A DNA stretch of 64,000 nt, from positions 102,362,001 through 102,426,000 of the forward strand of contig NC_043006.1 of assembly GCF_006345805.1 (NCBI RefSeq), given 5' to 3'. Origin of the DNA: Octopus sinensis. Lineage: Eukaryota. A model generated the notes under the pieces. The model made no database searches. It was not told the DNA's origin and worked only from the letters and a program-made list of their open reading frames with translations. The position numbers and the translations under genes were made by a program. Numbering within the stretch: the stretch's first letter is position 1; each line of letters begins with the position of its first letter. This document shows, piece by piece, positions 1 to 12,192 of the stretch.

Positions 1-37
1 GTGGAAACAAATCACTATGCAGAATGTAAATAAAAAG

Positions 38-81
<44 letters not shown>

Positions 82-879
82 TGAGGTTTCCCACATATCT
101 GGAAAAAAGTTACAAATCTCAACATGTTTAGGAATATTGTGTGTGTAAATTTGATTTATAAATATTTTGTTTTGAATTTACCTGTAAAATACATGACAAA
201 ATTTGATTAATTTGAATTGTTAAGCAACATTTAAAGGTTTCTGTATAGTTATATATACATGTCAGTTTATTTCATTTAGTTGATCATTTTCTAGTTTTCT
301 TCACAGACAAATTCCAGTATTTTGTTCTGTTTTACCTTTATGACACACCTGTCATCTGTGTATTAAGTTCCACTGATAAATAATTCCTTTCTATTAAAAT
401 TTTGTTGTATACTCAATGAATATTACCTAATTACTCATTTTCTATGCTGATGTTTAAGCAAAATTTAAATAATTTTATATTTTATTGAATTTACCTGTAA
501 TTAGATTCACTTTGAAACAAAAAAAAATGAAAAAGATTTGGTTTGGAACCCATTGTTAAATTGTGTTCCAAAAATCATACTTAATATGTTGATAAATATT
601 AAAAAAATTACAATTGTTTCGTGAAACCAGTCCGCATTCACCATTATTTTCCAGTTTAATAAACACATGAGAGATATATTTTAGTTTGAAATTTAGTAAC
701 AAAGATGGTTGATTAGACTTTTAAACCTTGTCACCTGCTTTATCTACACCTATTCAATTACCAGTAAAGCTTTTCATACTATTCCTCCTATCAAAGTATG
801 TATTAGTGTTTTTTTTTTATTGTTATGGTGATCACTGTCATTATTTATCTATTCCATTACTTCTGCAGCATTAGGAATA

Positions 880-1700
880 CAATAAATTTTCTCCTCATAA
901 CCAGCTTTTGCTGAAGTTAAATCGTAGCATTTCTCATTTTATTTAAATATCTTTTCATTAGCTGAAAGTTTAGAGATTCTAAGGGAGATGCTCCTAATTA
1001 TAGAATTTATAATCATTTCTGGATAGCTGAATTTTTAGCTCACATATTTGAGGTTCTCATTTGGTTTGTGGTATGGATGTTACATCCCATACTAAAGTCC
1101 AAAGTAACATCCAAAAAATTTCTTTTATTATACTCATTCTCCAGGAAGATAGATAGTCCTAAGCCTTAAAAATTTAAAGCTTTTTTCCCATGCCTTTATG
1201 AGTTAATCTTACGCTACCTATAAACAGTAAAGCATCATCCCTATATAATTCCCCCACCTTACCCAGGAAAATTATTGTTTAAACATTGATATATACCTTC
1301 TAAATCAGTTACTTCTGCAGTGTCATTGGACCCCATAATGGTATCAAACTTGTTAAGTCTGTTCTTTCTTGTCCAATAGTTACCCTGAAATTCAATTATA
1401 GTCTTTCCTAGCTAGTAAAATAGGGTTAATGGAACTATAATAACTAGATATTTCGATTTGGATAAACTTAACAAGTTTTTACATTTATGTATTTGTTTTG
1501 CAACATTCTTGATGTGAAATCATAGTTGGATCCTAGTTATAATTTTATTATTTACCTGAGTTTAGGTATACATATATCTATAATTAACTTGCTGTCCTAG
1601 GTATATATGGTTGTCTTGTCTTCTTGTAATCTTTTTGCTAGATCATTTTCTACCACATTAATCTTAAAAGTAATTTATAGTTCCTTCTTAATATGTGATT
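880..1700 (-). mobile_element. Decayed Penelope-like element (PLE) reverse transcriptase fragment
   Basis: Minus-strand pieces in the expected order: FIQIEISSYYSSI (~1425-1468), FDTIMGSNDTAEVTDLEGI (~1291-1350), LYRDDAL (~1229-1248), FLDVTLDF, KPNENLKYV, ISKLSANEKIF. These match the FDVTMGSxDGAE / GLYRDD type of PLE RT. Many stops and frameshifts. Confidence 0.8.
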
Positions 1701-2143
1701 AATAGGAGTTTAAAACCTAATTATAAAAGTTAGCAGTCATGTTGATGTGTTCAAGAATTCTTGATTTCTTTAAAGCTGATAGAAATAGCGATAGTCTTAA
1801 TAACAGAAAGTACCGAAAGCATAGCAATAGGAATAAGGATAAGAATGACTCAACCTTAGAGATTAAATATGGTTCCCCTCACATTTTTACAAATAACTAT
1901 ACACATGGGGATATGGCAAGAAACAGTAATTATAATAATCATAGAAAGTGAAGAGCTCACATGAGACAGGTTTCATGGTATAATGCCCTATACAGGGCCC
2001 AAGAAGTCACAAATATACCAGGTAAATTTTATTCATAGCTCTTGACACACACTTCCTACCATCAATAAACATGGTAGGTTAAGAGACATACAGTTAAATT
2101 TGCCTATTCAACTATGAGAAATGTGACTGAAATTATAGCAGTA

Positions 2144-2508
2144 CATCATCATCATCATCATCATCATTTAGCGTCTGCTTTCCATGCTAGCATGGGTTGG
2201 ACGGTTCTACTGGGGTCTGTGAAGCCAAAAAGCTGCATCAGGCCCAGTCTGATCTGGCAGTGTTTCTACGGTTGGATGCTCTTCCTAACGCCAACCACTC
2301 CGTGAGTGTAGTGGGTGCTTTTTACGTGCCACCCGCACAGGTGCCAGACGGAGCTGGCAAACGGCCACGAACAGATGGTGCTTTTTACGTGCCACCGGCA
2401 CGGGGGCCAGGCAAGGCTGGCAACAGCCATGATCGGATGGAGCTTTTACGTGCCACCAGCACGGGGGCCAGGCGAGACTGGCAACAGCCACGAACAGATG
2501 GTGCTACT
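2144..2508 (-). mobile_element. RTE LINE 3' UTR fragment ((GAT)n-tailed family) with about 3 internal ~62-bp subrepeats
   Basis: (CAT)n followed by ttagcgtc(c)gctttccatgctagcatgggttggacgg...ggatgc(c)cttcctaacgccaacc, shared with at least 8 other loci. The family is attached to RTE ORF2 ends at 12587 and 27930-28092. Confidence 0.8.
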
Positions 2509-3161
2509 AGCAAATTAAGAAAGCTTGTTGAAATAGATTTACCCAATCCATTTCAACACTTAGAATAAACACTGATGAAGTGACATTTCCATCGTAGTCA
2601 AAACAACTATCTAATGAATAATTTGGTTCTCTATATCTCCCCTGTTGACTTGAATTGATCATTAATTGTTTAAATTGGGCAAGACATTTGCCTTATACAT
2701 TCTTCAAGTTGAGGGGTGGGATTAAGGAAGCTAAGTATCATATTACAATTCTAACATGATTCGAAAATACTATTTCTAAATGGTTCTGGTGAAATACCTA
2801 CCTTATTCCTTGTCCTGGTCATATATAGTTAGTTTTAATACTATCTGTCTCCCTTGCACCCAAGGGTGGTCCATTGCTGGGATTCAAGTAAAAAATTCAA
2901 ACTATCTGCATTTTAAACTCTGATTTAAAAAAAAAATTGAAAAAGAATGGGACTTATAAGATTTATGTGTGAAAGAAGGTGTGTGTAGAACACAAATTTG
3001 CAAAAATGTTCTGAAAATTCCAAAAAATACAAAAAAGTTATGGGGTGCTTTAACCAGATTTCCACCCTTTGGGCTCCTACCTACCTAGTTGCTTTTGTTT
3101 ATTGTATGGGATTTGGTTTGCAGCCTAATTACTGCATTTTCTCCACTACCCCTTGTGTTAT

Positions 3162-3316
3162 ATTTCTCCACTGTCCACTCTGCTTCTGTCTAAAATTTCT
3201 CCACTGTCCAGCCTTGCTTTTGTCTACAGTTTCTTTACTGTCCATCCTTGTTTCTTCTGTCTACAATTTCTCCACTGTCCAGCCTGTTTCTGTCTTCAAT
3301 TTCTCAGCTGTCCAAT
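3162..3316. repeat. Minisatellite, about 4.5 units of 33-37 bp
   Basis: Unit atttctccactgtccagcct(t)gYttctgtctaca repeated in tandem. Confidence 0.85.
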
Positions 3317-3605
3317 CTATTCTAGTGTTAGTAAATAACAGTCTGATATGAAACTTTGATGAATTCCAAGGAACATATAAATAAATATGGCAGTCATAGA
3401 CAATGTGTTTGATAGGTTTTTATTTTGCTTTATATTTCTTTTATTGCCATTTATGGTTTTGTATAAAGTGTTTGAGATGCCGATCGGAATATGCCGATCT
3501 TTTATCTTTTTTTTTATCTTTCTCTCTCTGCCTTTGACAATGATGTCTGGGCAATTTGCTTTGATTTCTTTGTCAGCTTTGACAGGCATCCCATATTATT
3601 ATAAC
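3316..3605 (-). mobile_element. R4/Dong-like non-LTR element, restriction-like endonuclease fragment
   Basis: IIWD-MPVKADKEIKANCPDIIVK resembles the ILWDxPIxTDKEIKANRPDIxxKD motif. Same family as the 44-48 kb element. Confidence 0.7.
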
Positions 3606-3667
3606 CAAGTAATTGTCATGTACAGAATTTAATGCTTTCTTATACCAATTATTTTCAGTCATCATAG

Positions 3668-3835
3668 ATGTGAGCATGGGTGTGTGGTTAAGAAGTTTCC
3701 TTCCCAACCACATAACCACGTAATTTTAGGTTCAGTCCTTGTGTGCAGCACCTTGGGCATCTTCTACTATAGTCCTGTGCAGACCAAAGCTTTTTGAGTG
3801 GATTTGATAGACAGAAGCAGAAACAAGCTTATTTC
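3668..3835 (+). mobile_element. tRNA-like SINE family C (internal-microsatellite type), 5' half
   Basis: Matches head gtgtggtaagaagcttgcttcccaaccacatgg...gcaccttgggc...ctatagc of the copy at 63331. Confidence 0.7.
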
Positions 3836-4061
3836 ATATATGTATAAAGAAGGCTGGTTGTTCTCTATTTTTCAGTTGATCAGCATTGGACTTATAAATT
3901 AAGTCCCTCCAATACTTATCCAAAACATTTGTAATCCTTCAATAAATGTATAAAATACATTATCTGTGTGTATTATATATATATATATATATATAATATA
4001 TATATATATATATACAAGTGTGTGTGAGTATGTATATACATATGTGTGTATGTCTGTCTCC

Positions 4062-4800
4062 ATGCCTTGGAATCACACAGTTGTTGTAAATGAGTTCTGT
4101 AAAGCTAGAAATGTAGTCTATAGTATAAGACGTATAGAGGGACGATGCAGTAACAAGACAACAACGTACATGGGGGAAACGGCACGGAGCATAGGAGAGC
4201 GAGTAAATGAACATTGGAGAGAACTTAAGGAAGAAAAGAGCTCATTGGTTCTGTACCAGCACGCCGAGCAGGAAAACGGGGGCTCACTCAACAACATAGA
4301 AGTTAAAATCTTGTCCACACATAGAACAGACGCAACAATTAGACAAATTACGGAAACTACACACATTATAGAAGATAAACCTAGCCTGAATAGGAAACTG
4401 GAATGGAACACTAGCACACACCACAGCATATGACAGAAGAAGATCCCCATAAACTGGTAACAATACAAACAAAACTAAAAATAATAATAATAATAATAAT
4501 AATAAGTAGGTGTAAACACATGAACAAAAAAATAAACAAAAACAAAAAACAAATTACACGAACATATGTAAACAGGAGATACAAATATTACAGGCCCTCC
4601 CCCCCACACACTAACTAAACATAGACACACATAGAGGTATACACATGCGTAAATGAAGACACATATAATAGGAATACAAAATACAAAATGGCTGACCATT
4701 AGTAAGGAGAACAACACAAATAAGAAAGAAGAAACCAAAGGACCACTGATGAGGACACAGGAGTGAGACTAAAGAACTCTGGCCGAAATAAGATTAAGAT
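4062..4800 (+). mobile_element. PLE 3' end: GIY-YIG endonuclease fragment plus 3' region with a hammerhead-like relic
   Basis: ORF portion VVYSIRR...TTYMGETARSIGERVNEHWRELKEEKSSLVLYQHAE...LNRKLEW is the PLE GIY-YIG pattern. CTGATGA..GAAA at 4746-4788. Confidence 0.85.
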
Positions 4801-5300
4801 TAATGTACAAAATGAATAATGCTGAAGCAAAGTAACACCAAATATATAGTGCGTGTGTTTTTATTGGCTAAACTGGCAAAATGACCATTCCTAAATACAA
4901 CAATATTATTCTTATTATTATTATGTGTATTTGTATTATTAACTCTGGTCTGCTAATGAATTGCAGAATTTTCTTTTTTTTCATTGAATAAAATACCATG
5001 TAGTATTTGGTTATGGTACTTTTCATTCTAAGTTCAATTTCTTCTGAGGTCAACCTCACCTTTTCTTCATCTGAGGTTGATAAAATAAAGTACCAGTCAA
5101 GTACTAGGTTTGATTTAATTGTTTAACTCCTTCCTAACAATTTTCTGTCCATGTTCTCATGTCAGACACAACTATTATCTCTCCTACCACATCTACTATA
5201 TATATATATCTCTATACACTGTCCATCTTTATATGTTGTCCTCAGTAAAGTAACATTTATTTGTATCTTTCATTGTTTATTGCTTTACTTTTATTTCCAG

Positions 5301-5394
5301 TGTTTCTCAGCTTCATGGTGATGGTGACCATTCCCCATTTCTTTATCAACTGGGCATCCCATCTTTAGCCCCAGCTTATATGTACAACCAAAAT
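5301..5394 (+). CDS. M28B peptidase family (GCPII/NAALADase-like) gene, internal exon 1 of 5 seen
   Basis: Acceptor tttatttccag, donor AAT|gtaagt. Translates x-VSQLHGDGDHSPFLYQLGIPSLAPAYMYNQN, aligning to GCPII [30 protein letters not shown]. Phase 2 in, phase 0 out. Confidence 0.9.
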
Positions 5395-5399
5395 GTAAG

Positions 5400-5400
<1 letters not shown>

Positions 5401-5457
<57 letters not shown>

Positions 5458-5469
5458 CATTATTATTAT
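5401..5469. repeat. (ATT)n microsatellite
   Basis: About 22 ATT units directly after the exon donor site. Confidence 0.95.
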
Positions 5470-5474
5470 CTATT

Positions 5475-5918
5475 GCAGTGAGCTGGCAGAATTGTTAGCA
5501 TGCCAGGCAAAATGCTTAGTGGCATTTCACCCATCCTTACGTTCTGAGTTCAAATTCCGCCAAGATCGACTTTGCCTTTCATTCTTTTGGGGTCGATAGA
5601 TTAAGAACCTGTGGAACACTGGAGTCAATGTACCCAGCTAGTCCCTTCCCCAAAAATTCCAGGCCTTGTGCTTTTAGTAGAAAGGATTATTATTATTATT
5701 ACTATTATTATTAAGGCTGTGAGCTGGCAAAGTCATTAGCACACCGGGCAAATGCTTAGTGGCATTTCATCTGTCTGTATGTTCCGAGTTCAAATTTTGC
5801 CTGCGTCATCTTTGTCTTTCATCCTTTCAGGGTCAATAAATTAAGTACTTGTGAAACACTGAGATCGATGTAATCAACTAGTCTTCTCCCACCAAATTTC
5901 TTACCTTTGGTAGAAAGG
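5475..5918 (+). mobile_element. Two head-to-tail copies of SINE family B ((ATT)n-tailed)
   Basis: gtgagctggcaga..ttagca...gagttcaaatt (B-box-like)...tttcatcctttYggggtcgataaattaagtac...tagtagaaaggattatt at 5475-5690 and 5714-5918. Confidence 0.85.
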
Positions 5919-5937
5919 ATTATTATTATTATTATTA

Positions 5938-6476
5938 TGTGAGAGAGCAGTGCATGCCATCAAAGTGACACTGGGGTAAAATATATGAAGCCCAGTATAT
6001 CCCTCATGACTACTCGTCTGATAAGGGTACACTTGGCTCATGCATCACAACTATATGTGTGCCACATGGTGATCTCATATCAAGATAAATAGTGCATGAC
6101 CTTGCAGGTGGGGCCCATTTAGAATTTTCTTCTGGTCGTGTAACCCAACCCTGAATAAGGGTTGTTTAAGGATGTTGAACGAAACACCCATGTTTCCAGA
6201 GGTGAATTATTCAAACCCCAAAGAATCCCTCTCAACACATGGCTATGATGCTCCCCCACTACTTCTGCTTGTGATCATAGATGCACATATCATCAGCCAC
6301 TAAGGGATATGTTCAACTGGTTATGGTCAAACAACTAACAAGCAAACCTGTGGCATTGAGCAGAATATTTGCTGTAGCCCATCTTTTATACCAAGACAAA
6401 ACAATGTACATGATAACACTTCCAATCAGTTAAGATCAGATGCCATGAGAGCCACTGCTTGGGACTGCATCAGAGG

Positions 6477-6477
<1 letters not shown>
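5938..6477. repeat. Unclassified interspersed repeat inserted between (ATT)n tracts
   Basis: 6210-6370 recurs at 13417-13590 (attcaaaccccaaagaatcc..tcaacacatggctatgatgctcc). Flanked on both sides by ATT runs. No coding motif recognised. Confidence 0.6.
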
Positions 6478-6515
<38 letters not shown>

Positions 6516-6525
6516 AAAGAAGAAG

Positions 6526-7182
6526 TCAGTGAGCTAGCAGAATTGCTAGGACATCAGGCAAAATACTCAGCAGCATTTTGCCTGTCTTCATGTTCTATGG
6601 TGAAATTCCCCTGACGCCAACATTGCCTTTCATCCTTTCAGACTGTATAGAATAAGTACCAGCTGAGTACTGGAGCTGATATAATTGGCTCAGCAGTCCC
6701 CAGAATTTCAGCCCTTGTGCCTATAGTAGAAAGGATTTAAGGCAGCAAGCTGGCAGACTGATTAGCACACTGGATTAAATACTTAGCAGCATTTCTTCAT
6801 CTTTACATTCTGAGTTCAAATGCTACCAAGGTCAGCTTTGCCTCTCATCTTTGTGGGGCCAATAAAATAAGTACCAATTGAGCACTAGGGTGGATGTAAT
6901 CGACTTGTCACCTGATCCAAAATCTCAGGTCTTGTGCTCATCGTATAAAGGATTGTTGTTGTTGTTGAGGCACTGAGCCTGTAGAAATGTTAGCAGACCA
7001 GACAAAGTGCTTGGCAGCATTTCGTCTGTCTCTACTTTCTGAGTTCAAGTGTCACCAAGATAGACTTTGCGTTTCATCATTTCAGTGTCATTGAAATAAG
7101 TACCAGTTGAATACTGGGGTTGGTGTAATTGACTAACCACATACCCAGAATTTCAGGCATTGTACCTACAGTAGAAAGGATT
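6526..7182 (+). mobile_element. Three further head-to-tail diverged copies of SINE family B
   Basis: Copies at about 6526-6737, 6739-6953 and 6968-7182, each ending in agtagaaaggatt-like sequence. Confidence 0.8.
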
Positions 7183-7248
7183 ATCATTTTGTAAAAACAG
7201 ACCATGTTGTTGTCAGGTAAACTAACTCTACTGTTTTCTCACTTGCAG

Positions 7249-7504
7249 GTGTATCCATACCTACCAACCTACCCAGCTTATAACACCTTAGTGGATACAT
7301 TTGATTACTTACGGAATTTCATAGACAGGGATCTCACTCTTCATATGACGGTAGCCAAAGTCGTGGCTGAAGTAATTCTTCGATTGTCCGACTCACTCAT
7401 TCTCCCACTGGACGTTAACAACTACGTTTGGCATGCACTCAGTGTTGGACGTGAAATGCTAGGACGGTTTAACACAACCTATGAGGAAGCAGGAATATCA
7501 TTAA
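7249..7504 (+). CDS. M28B peptidase family gene, exon 2 of 5 seen
   Basis: Branch point-like actaac at 7221, acceptor ttctcacttgcag, donor A|gttagt. VYPYLPTYPAYNTLVDTFDYLRNFIDRDLTLHMTVAKVVAEVILRLSDSLILPLDVNNY... aligns to GCPII YPLYHSVYETY...HLTVAQV...LANSIVLPFDCRDY. Confidence 0.95.
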
Positions 7505-7626
7505 GTTAGTATTACTTTTTTTCTTATTTATTTGTTAAATTCAGAGCATATAATTTAACTGAAGCATTGTCTTATATATTTATATATGTGTTGTGTAAGT
7601 GTTATCATTTTACATATATATTTATA

Positions 7627-8024
7627 CTAGCAGTATCGCCCGGCGTTGCTCGGGTTTGTAAGGGAAATAACTATATAAGCATTTTAGAGATGTAAAGTAT
7701 AATAGCCATCTCAATATGGCTAACCACAAAGGGGGAGGGGTGTTACTGTAGCTTTTTACATTCTGAGATTTAATAATACATTTTTAGAGAATTACTTCCC
7801 TTATATAATAGCAAATAAATGCATTAAAAATGGGAAAAAACGATGGTAAACTTTTATTAAAATCGTAGACTCATCGTAGATGTGCGCTAATACCCAGAAG
7901 GGCTCGATATGAATTACGACTATAAGATACCCGCTTTTGGCTACACTGTACCACAAAATGTGGGAGTAGTTAGGAATCTAAATCGTAGGAGACAGACACA
8001 CAACTTCACTTTTATATATAAAGA
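7627..8024 (-). mobile_element. Non-autonomous Helitron-type element
   Basis: On the minus strand: A|TCTTTATATATAAAAG ... hairpin CCCGAGCAACGCCGGG, then CGATACTG-CTAG|T. All canonical Helitron terminal signatures, no TSD. Near-identical copy at 37104. Confidence 0.9.
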
Positions 8025-9883
8025 TATATATATATATATATATATATTTAATAATATCAGGGTAATAAAAATTTTAGAAATTTCTACTTCCAGTGGCCTA
8101 GCGTAAAAAAAAAATTAGTCAATAGACTATATATTATTCATATAAAATACGATGTACACTAAAACACATTAAGAGGCTTCCATCATAGGAATCTATTATG
8201 CTAGAAAGAACAGTTAAAGTCCAAACTACTAATTAGGGATAAATTCTCAAAGGGAATGCAAGAAAGAGAAAGTCCCCATGACTCTACTTTTTCCTGGACC
8301 TCTCTGACTGATGGCAGGAAAGAAGAACTTGAACAATTACAACAAAGTATTTTTCCTATACTCTGATGACTCCACCAATTCTCCATCTTCATTAAAGAAA
8401 AAGAAAATAGAAGGAAGGGATGAGACTTGCCCTTGTGTATTGAATTATTTTAAAGTTTTATTTTAGATATTTCTGTTTTTATGGTTTTCTTATTAAACTT
8501 TTTACCTCTATAGGTTCAGCTATTTTCTTGTTGGTTGTAGTGTTTTGTATTTACTTTGTGCTACGTGACATTTCAGCAATGTCTAGCATCAAGGCTCTAG
8601 GGAAAGGAACTTTATTTAAATCACAAGAAAGGTAGTTTGTTTTATTTGAAGACATTTTTTGAAATGTCTGATAACTTACCATAATAGAAGTCAGTTCAGA
8701 AAAGTCTGGTAGTGTTCTTTGAGAGAATCATTTTCAATAGCTAAGCAGCTTGTCTCAATATGAGACTCTAGAAAATTCTAGTCAGCTTCATTAACAAGAG
8801 GCTTTTCAGAGAATTCTTCACAATAATGTGCATCTTTTGAGAAGTGAGATTTTAATGGTAGTATTGTAGTTTCAGTAATGTTTGTCATTTTTATGGAGAT
8901 ATTTACACCTCTCACTTGCAATTTTGTCTTCAGTTTCTGATAGAAAAGAACAAAACAAATTAATTTTTACCTTGTGGCATTCAACTGTAATTAAAGGAAG
9001 TGTTCAAGAAGATTAACTGCCATTATTACCAAGATTTTGACAAAATTTAGTCCCAAATCCTTTTTCAGTGATGCAAAATTGGGTCTTAATGTCACTATTA
9101 ATAAACAATATTCATGTGATGAATATACGACATTTATGTGAACTAACAAGAATACTTGGTGTTATTGATGGGAGATATCACAATCAAAGATTTTAAATCC
9201 CCAATTTCAGTCTCCCATTCCACCTCCTCACAGAGAGTGAGTAGGGTCTACAGGACAGCAAATTGTTGATGATAGGATAAATACATTTCAAAGCTGGTAC
9301 AATGATACGGTTTGCTCTGGTACAATGATACGGTTAACATTGTTAACACTTACATTTCATTTTTAGCTTGGTTTCTGGATGCTCACCCTATAATTGATGA
9401 CTTTATAGAGTGTATTTGACATAGCACCAGCACTAGAGAAGTGTCTTGTCCTTGATGAGACTAAAGGGACCTCATAAGCTTACACTTTCCAGATTGTACT
9501 GAATGCTGTTTTTTTTTCTTTTTGTGGCACCAACACAAGAGGGGTAGCCATGGCCTTGATATGACTAAAGGAATTGTTTAACTATTTCGGTTCACTTACC
9601 AACCTCTTAACTGAGTGAGTTGGAAGAATGATAGCTTCATGAAAGATAAAGGCATGAATAATAGTGGTAAGTGGTGTGTGGTATGAGCAGTCAATATCAT
9701 AAGACAGATACGTATACCCATGACAGTGTAACCAAGAGGATAAAGCAATGATAGAGACCCAAGATGTGAGCGAAAAACAGAAACAAATGTATAATAGCTG
9801 AGTGAAACAGAGTAATGACAAGCATGCAAGTACTAGAGAGTTACTGAATACAATTGATCCAGTGTAGTCTTGTGTGTGTATGT

Positions 9884-9910
<27 letters not shown>

Positions 9911-9914
<4 letters not shown>

Positions 9915-10103
9915 TCATCATCATCATCATCATTTAGCGTCCGCTTTCCATGCTAGCATGGGTTGGACGGTTCAACTGGGGTCTGTGAAGCCAGAAGGCT
10001 ACATCAGGCCCAGTCTGATCTGGCAGTGTTTCTACGGCTGGATGCCCTTCCTAACGCCAACCACTCCGTGAGTATAGTGGGTGCTTTTTACGTGCCACCC
10101 GCA
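9911..10103 (-). mobile_element. RTE 3' tail fragment ((GAT)n family)
   Basis: Close match to the 2144 and 41431 copies. Confidence 0.85.
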
Positions 10104-10180
10104 TATATATATAAGCAATTTTGGAGATAAATTAGACACATCAAATATATTAAATATATCAAATACAATATATATATATA

Positions 10181-10228
10181 TGCTAGCATGGAAAACGGAC
10201 GCTAAACGATGATGATGATGATGATGAT
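10181..10228 (+). mobile_element. RTE extreme 3' tail fragment, inverted relative to the 9911 copy
   Basis: tgctagcatggaaaacggacgctaaacgatgatgatg is the reverse complement of 9913-9957. Confidence 0.8.
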
Positions 10229-11329
10229 ATATATGTATAAAGGCAAAACCAGAGAAATCAAAATGTGGAAACTTTTAGTTGATGAAAACATATGTACATA
10301 CATAAATTCATCATCTGAAAGTTTCCACCCTTTGCTTTCCCTTGTTTTGCATGTAAACATATTTACGTATTTTGTATTTGATGTATTTAATATATTGGAT
10401 GTGTCTAATTTGCTTGTCCCCATAATTGCTTCTCTACCCGCTCAACCTGATCCCTCTGAAATCATTTCTTTAGCTTGTGGAATGATGTCTTGTTAAGACA
10501 TCGGGGTCTGAGTTTGAATCTTGAGTACTACAGAGAATATCTGGATCTCATCTGTGAATTACATGTGTGTCTGTCTGTCTGTGTGAATGTTATCATCTTG
10601 TCTTTTGCTCTTACAACTGCAAAAAACACACTGAAGATTGTGTCCAAATTCCTCAATAATAGTAACAAACCACTAAACAGAAACAGATACTACTTTCCAC
10701 CACCCCCACTCACTCTCTGTCCCTCACTATCCCCTCTCCATCCCTCCTCTTTTTCTCTCCATGTGTGTGCGTGTTAGCATTCGGAGCTGATGGTTGTTCC
10801 TAACTTTTAATAGCATTACTGGAAGTTAGATTTTCTCAGCTCTAATAACATTATATTGTGGTTGTAATGGAAATTTATACACATGTTTCAAATGTCAAAG
10901 CAGAGGAGTACAAGTACTGAGATATTTATATTCAAAACATGTTATAATACGTTACAATTTACAGAGTGATTTCTCATTACAATAAGAACAAGAAATAATA
11001 CTAAGCTGTTTAACGACCATTTCCAGTCTATATCAGTGTAGAATAACAGAGGTCAGAACAACAGTAACATCTTGATAATGTTGATATTTGTTGATATCCA
11101 AATTGTAGATATGATTATTCTGAATGTTAATTCTCATGAAATCTCCATGAAATACAAGTAATTCCTCCACAATCCTGGTTTGTAAAATGGCTTCTGTTCC
11201 CAGTTGTAGCCATTTCACTTATATCACTAATGGCTTTTAGAAAGACATGTGCACCACATGCAATTCCTTCCTTACTCTCTTATAAATATAATTCCATCTG
11301 TCTAATGAAGAGATATCAGTATTCAGTGA

Positions 11330-11600
11330 CATATTCTATGTAAAGTGTATTGGAAAAAGGGAGAACAATAGGTCGGTAATTGGTTAGGTCAGAGAGTTTG
11401 AACCTTTTGGGTTTCAGAGATACTGCAATGAGCTGCCAAATATTGTGATAGATCTCTGAAGAGATAGAGAGGATGCGATATCAAAGTGTTTGGTAAGGAT
11501 ATGCACTTATACCGGAATGTACTATTTGAAAGTAATGGAAGAGATACTGCTGAAACAAGGTGATTTGTTAGATTGAAATGACCGGATGAGTTCTTATTCT
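11330..11600 (-). mobile_element. Highly decayed LINE RT fragment (CR1/L2/Jockey-like)
   Basis: Minus-strand KPK..SDLTNYRPIVL resembles the PKxGxxSDPSNYRPISL motif. Little else is recoverable. Confidence 0.45.
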
Positions 11601-11714
11601 TAGCTCACATTGGATATGAGTAGTTTAGAAGTTTTGAGAAGAGTAATATGAAGGAAAGCAATTTTATATTGATATAGGCCTGAACAGAAATTATCTACAA
11701 ATATATTTAGGTGT

Positions 11715-12030
11715 AGGCATGGCTGTGAGGTAAGAAGCTTGCTTCCCAACCACATGGTTCTGAGTTCAGTCCAACTGTGCTGCATGGCCCAACTAAACCC
11801 TTGTGAGTGAATTTGATAGACAGTGTGTGTGTTTATGTATGTGTGTTTGTCCCCTGCCACCCCTTTACAACTAGTGTTGGTGTGTTTGTTCCCCATAACT
11901 TAGCAGTTCATCAAAAGAGTACCAGGTTTAAAAAAATAAGTACTAGTGTTGCTTGATTCAACTAAAAATTCTTCAAAGTGGTGCTGCAGTATGGCCACAG
12001 TCTAACAACTGAAACATGTAAAAGATAAAA
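11715..12030 (+). mobile_element. SINE family C, full length and diverged
   Basis: Head ggcatggctgtgaggtaagaagcttgcttcccaacc; 3' half ...gtggtgctgcagtatggccacagtc..actgaaacatgtaaaagat. Confidence 0.8.
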
Positions 12031-12192
12031 AATATTTGTTTAAAACATCAGTTAGAGTACAAAGCATGCATTGTGAATATAAGAGCAATAGGGTTGCCAG
12101 GGTTGTAAAATTTCTTTGATATCATTGTTTGTGTTTTTGTTTCTTTTTTTTTTTTTAATTAGAAATATTATCCTTTATTTACTTACTTGCAG

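Noticed and set aside
1739-1951. 70-aa ORF or possible mitochondrial insertion
   Set aside because: No recognisable mitochondrial or other protein motif on either strand; it lies next to a decayed PLE.
2520-2900. ctgatga at ~2572 and faint GIY-YIG-like words on the minus strand
   Set aside because: GAAA is mutated, stems I and III do not close, and the protein similarity is too weak to support.
5938-6477. rRNA- or snRNA-derived origin of this repeat
   Set aside because: Only a few short words resemble LSU rRNA; not enough for a call.
8360-8372. Other CTGATGA hits (8363, 12232, 16656, 17383, 30400, 62098)
   Set aside because: No downstream stem II-GAAA-stem III-NUH arrangement; expected by chance.
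9294-9335. 19-bp direct duplication (and the 28-bp tandem at 28791-28857)
   Set aside because: Most simply explained by replication slippage; no associated structure.
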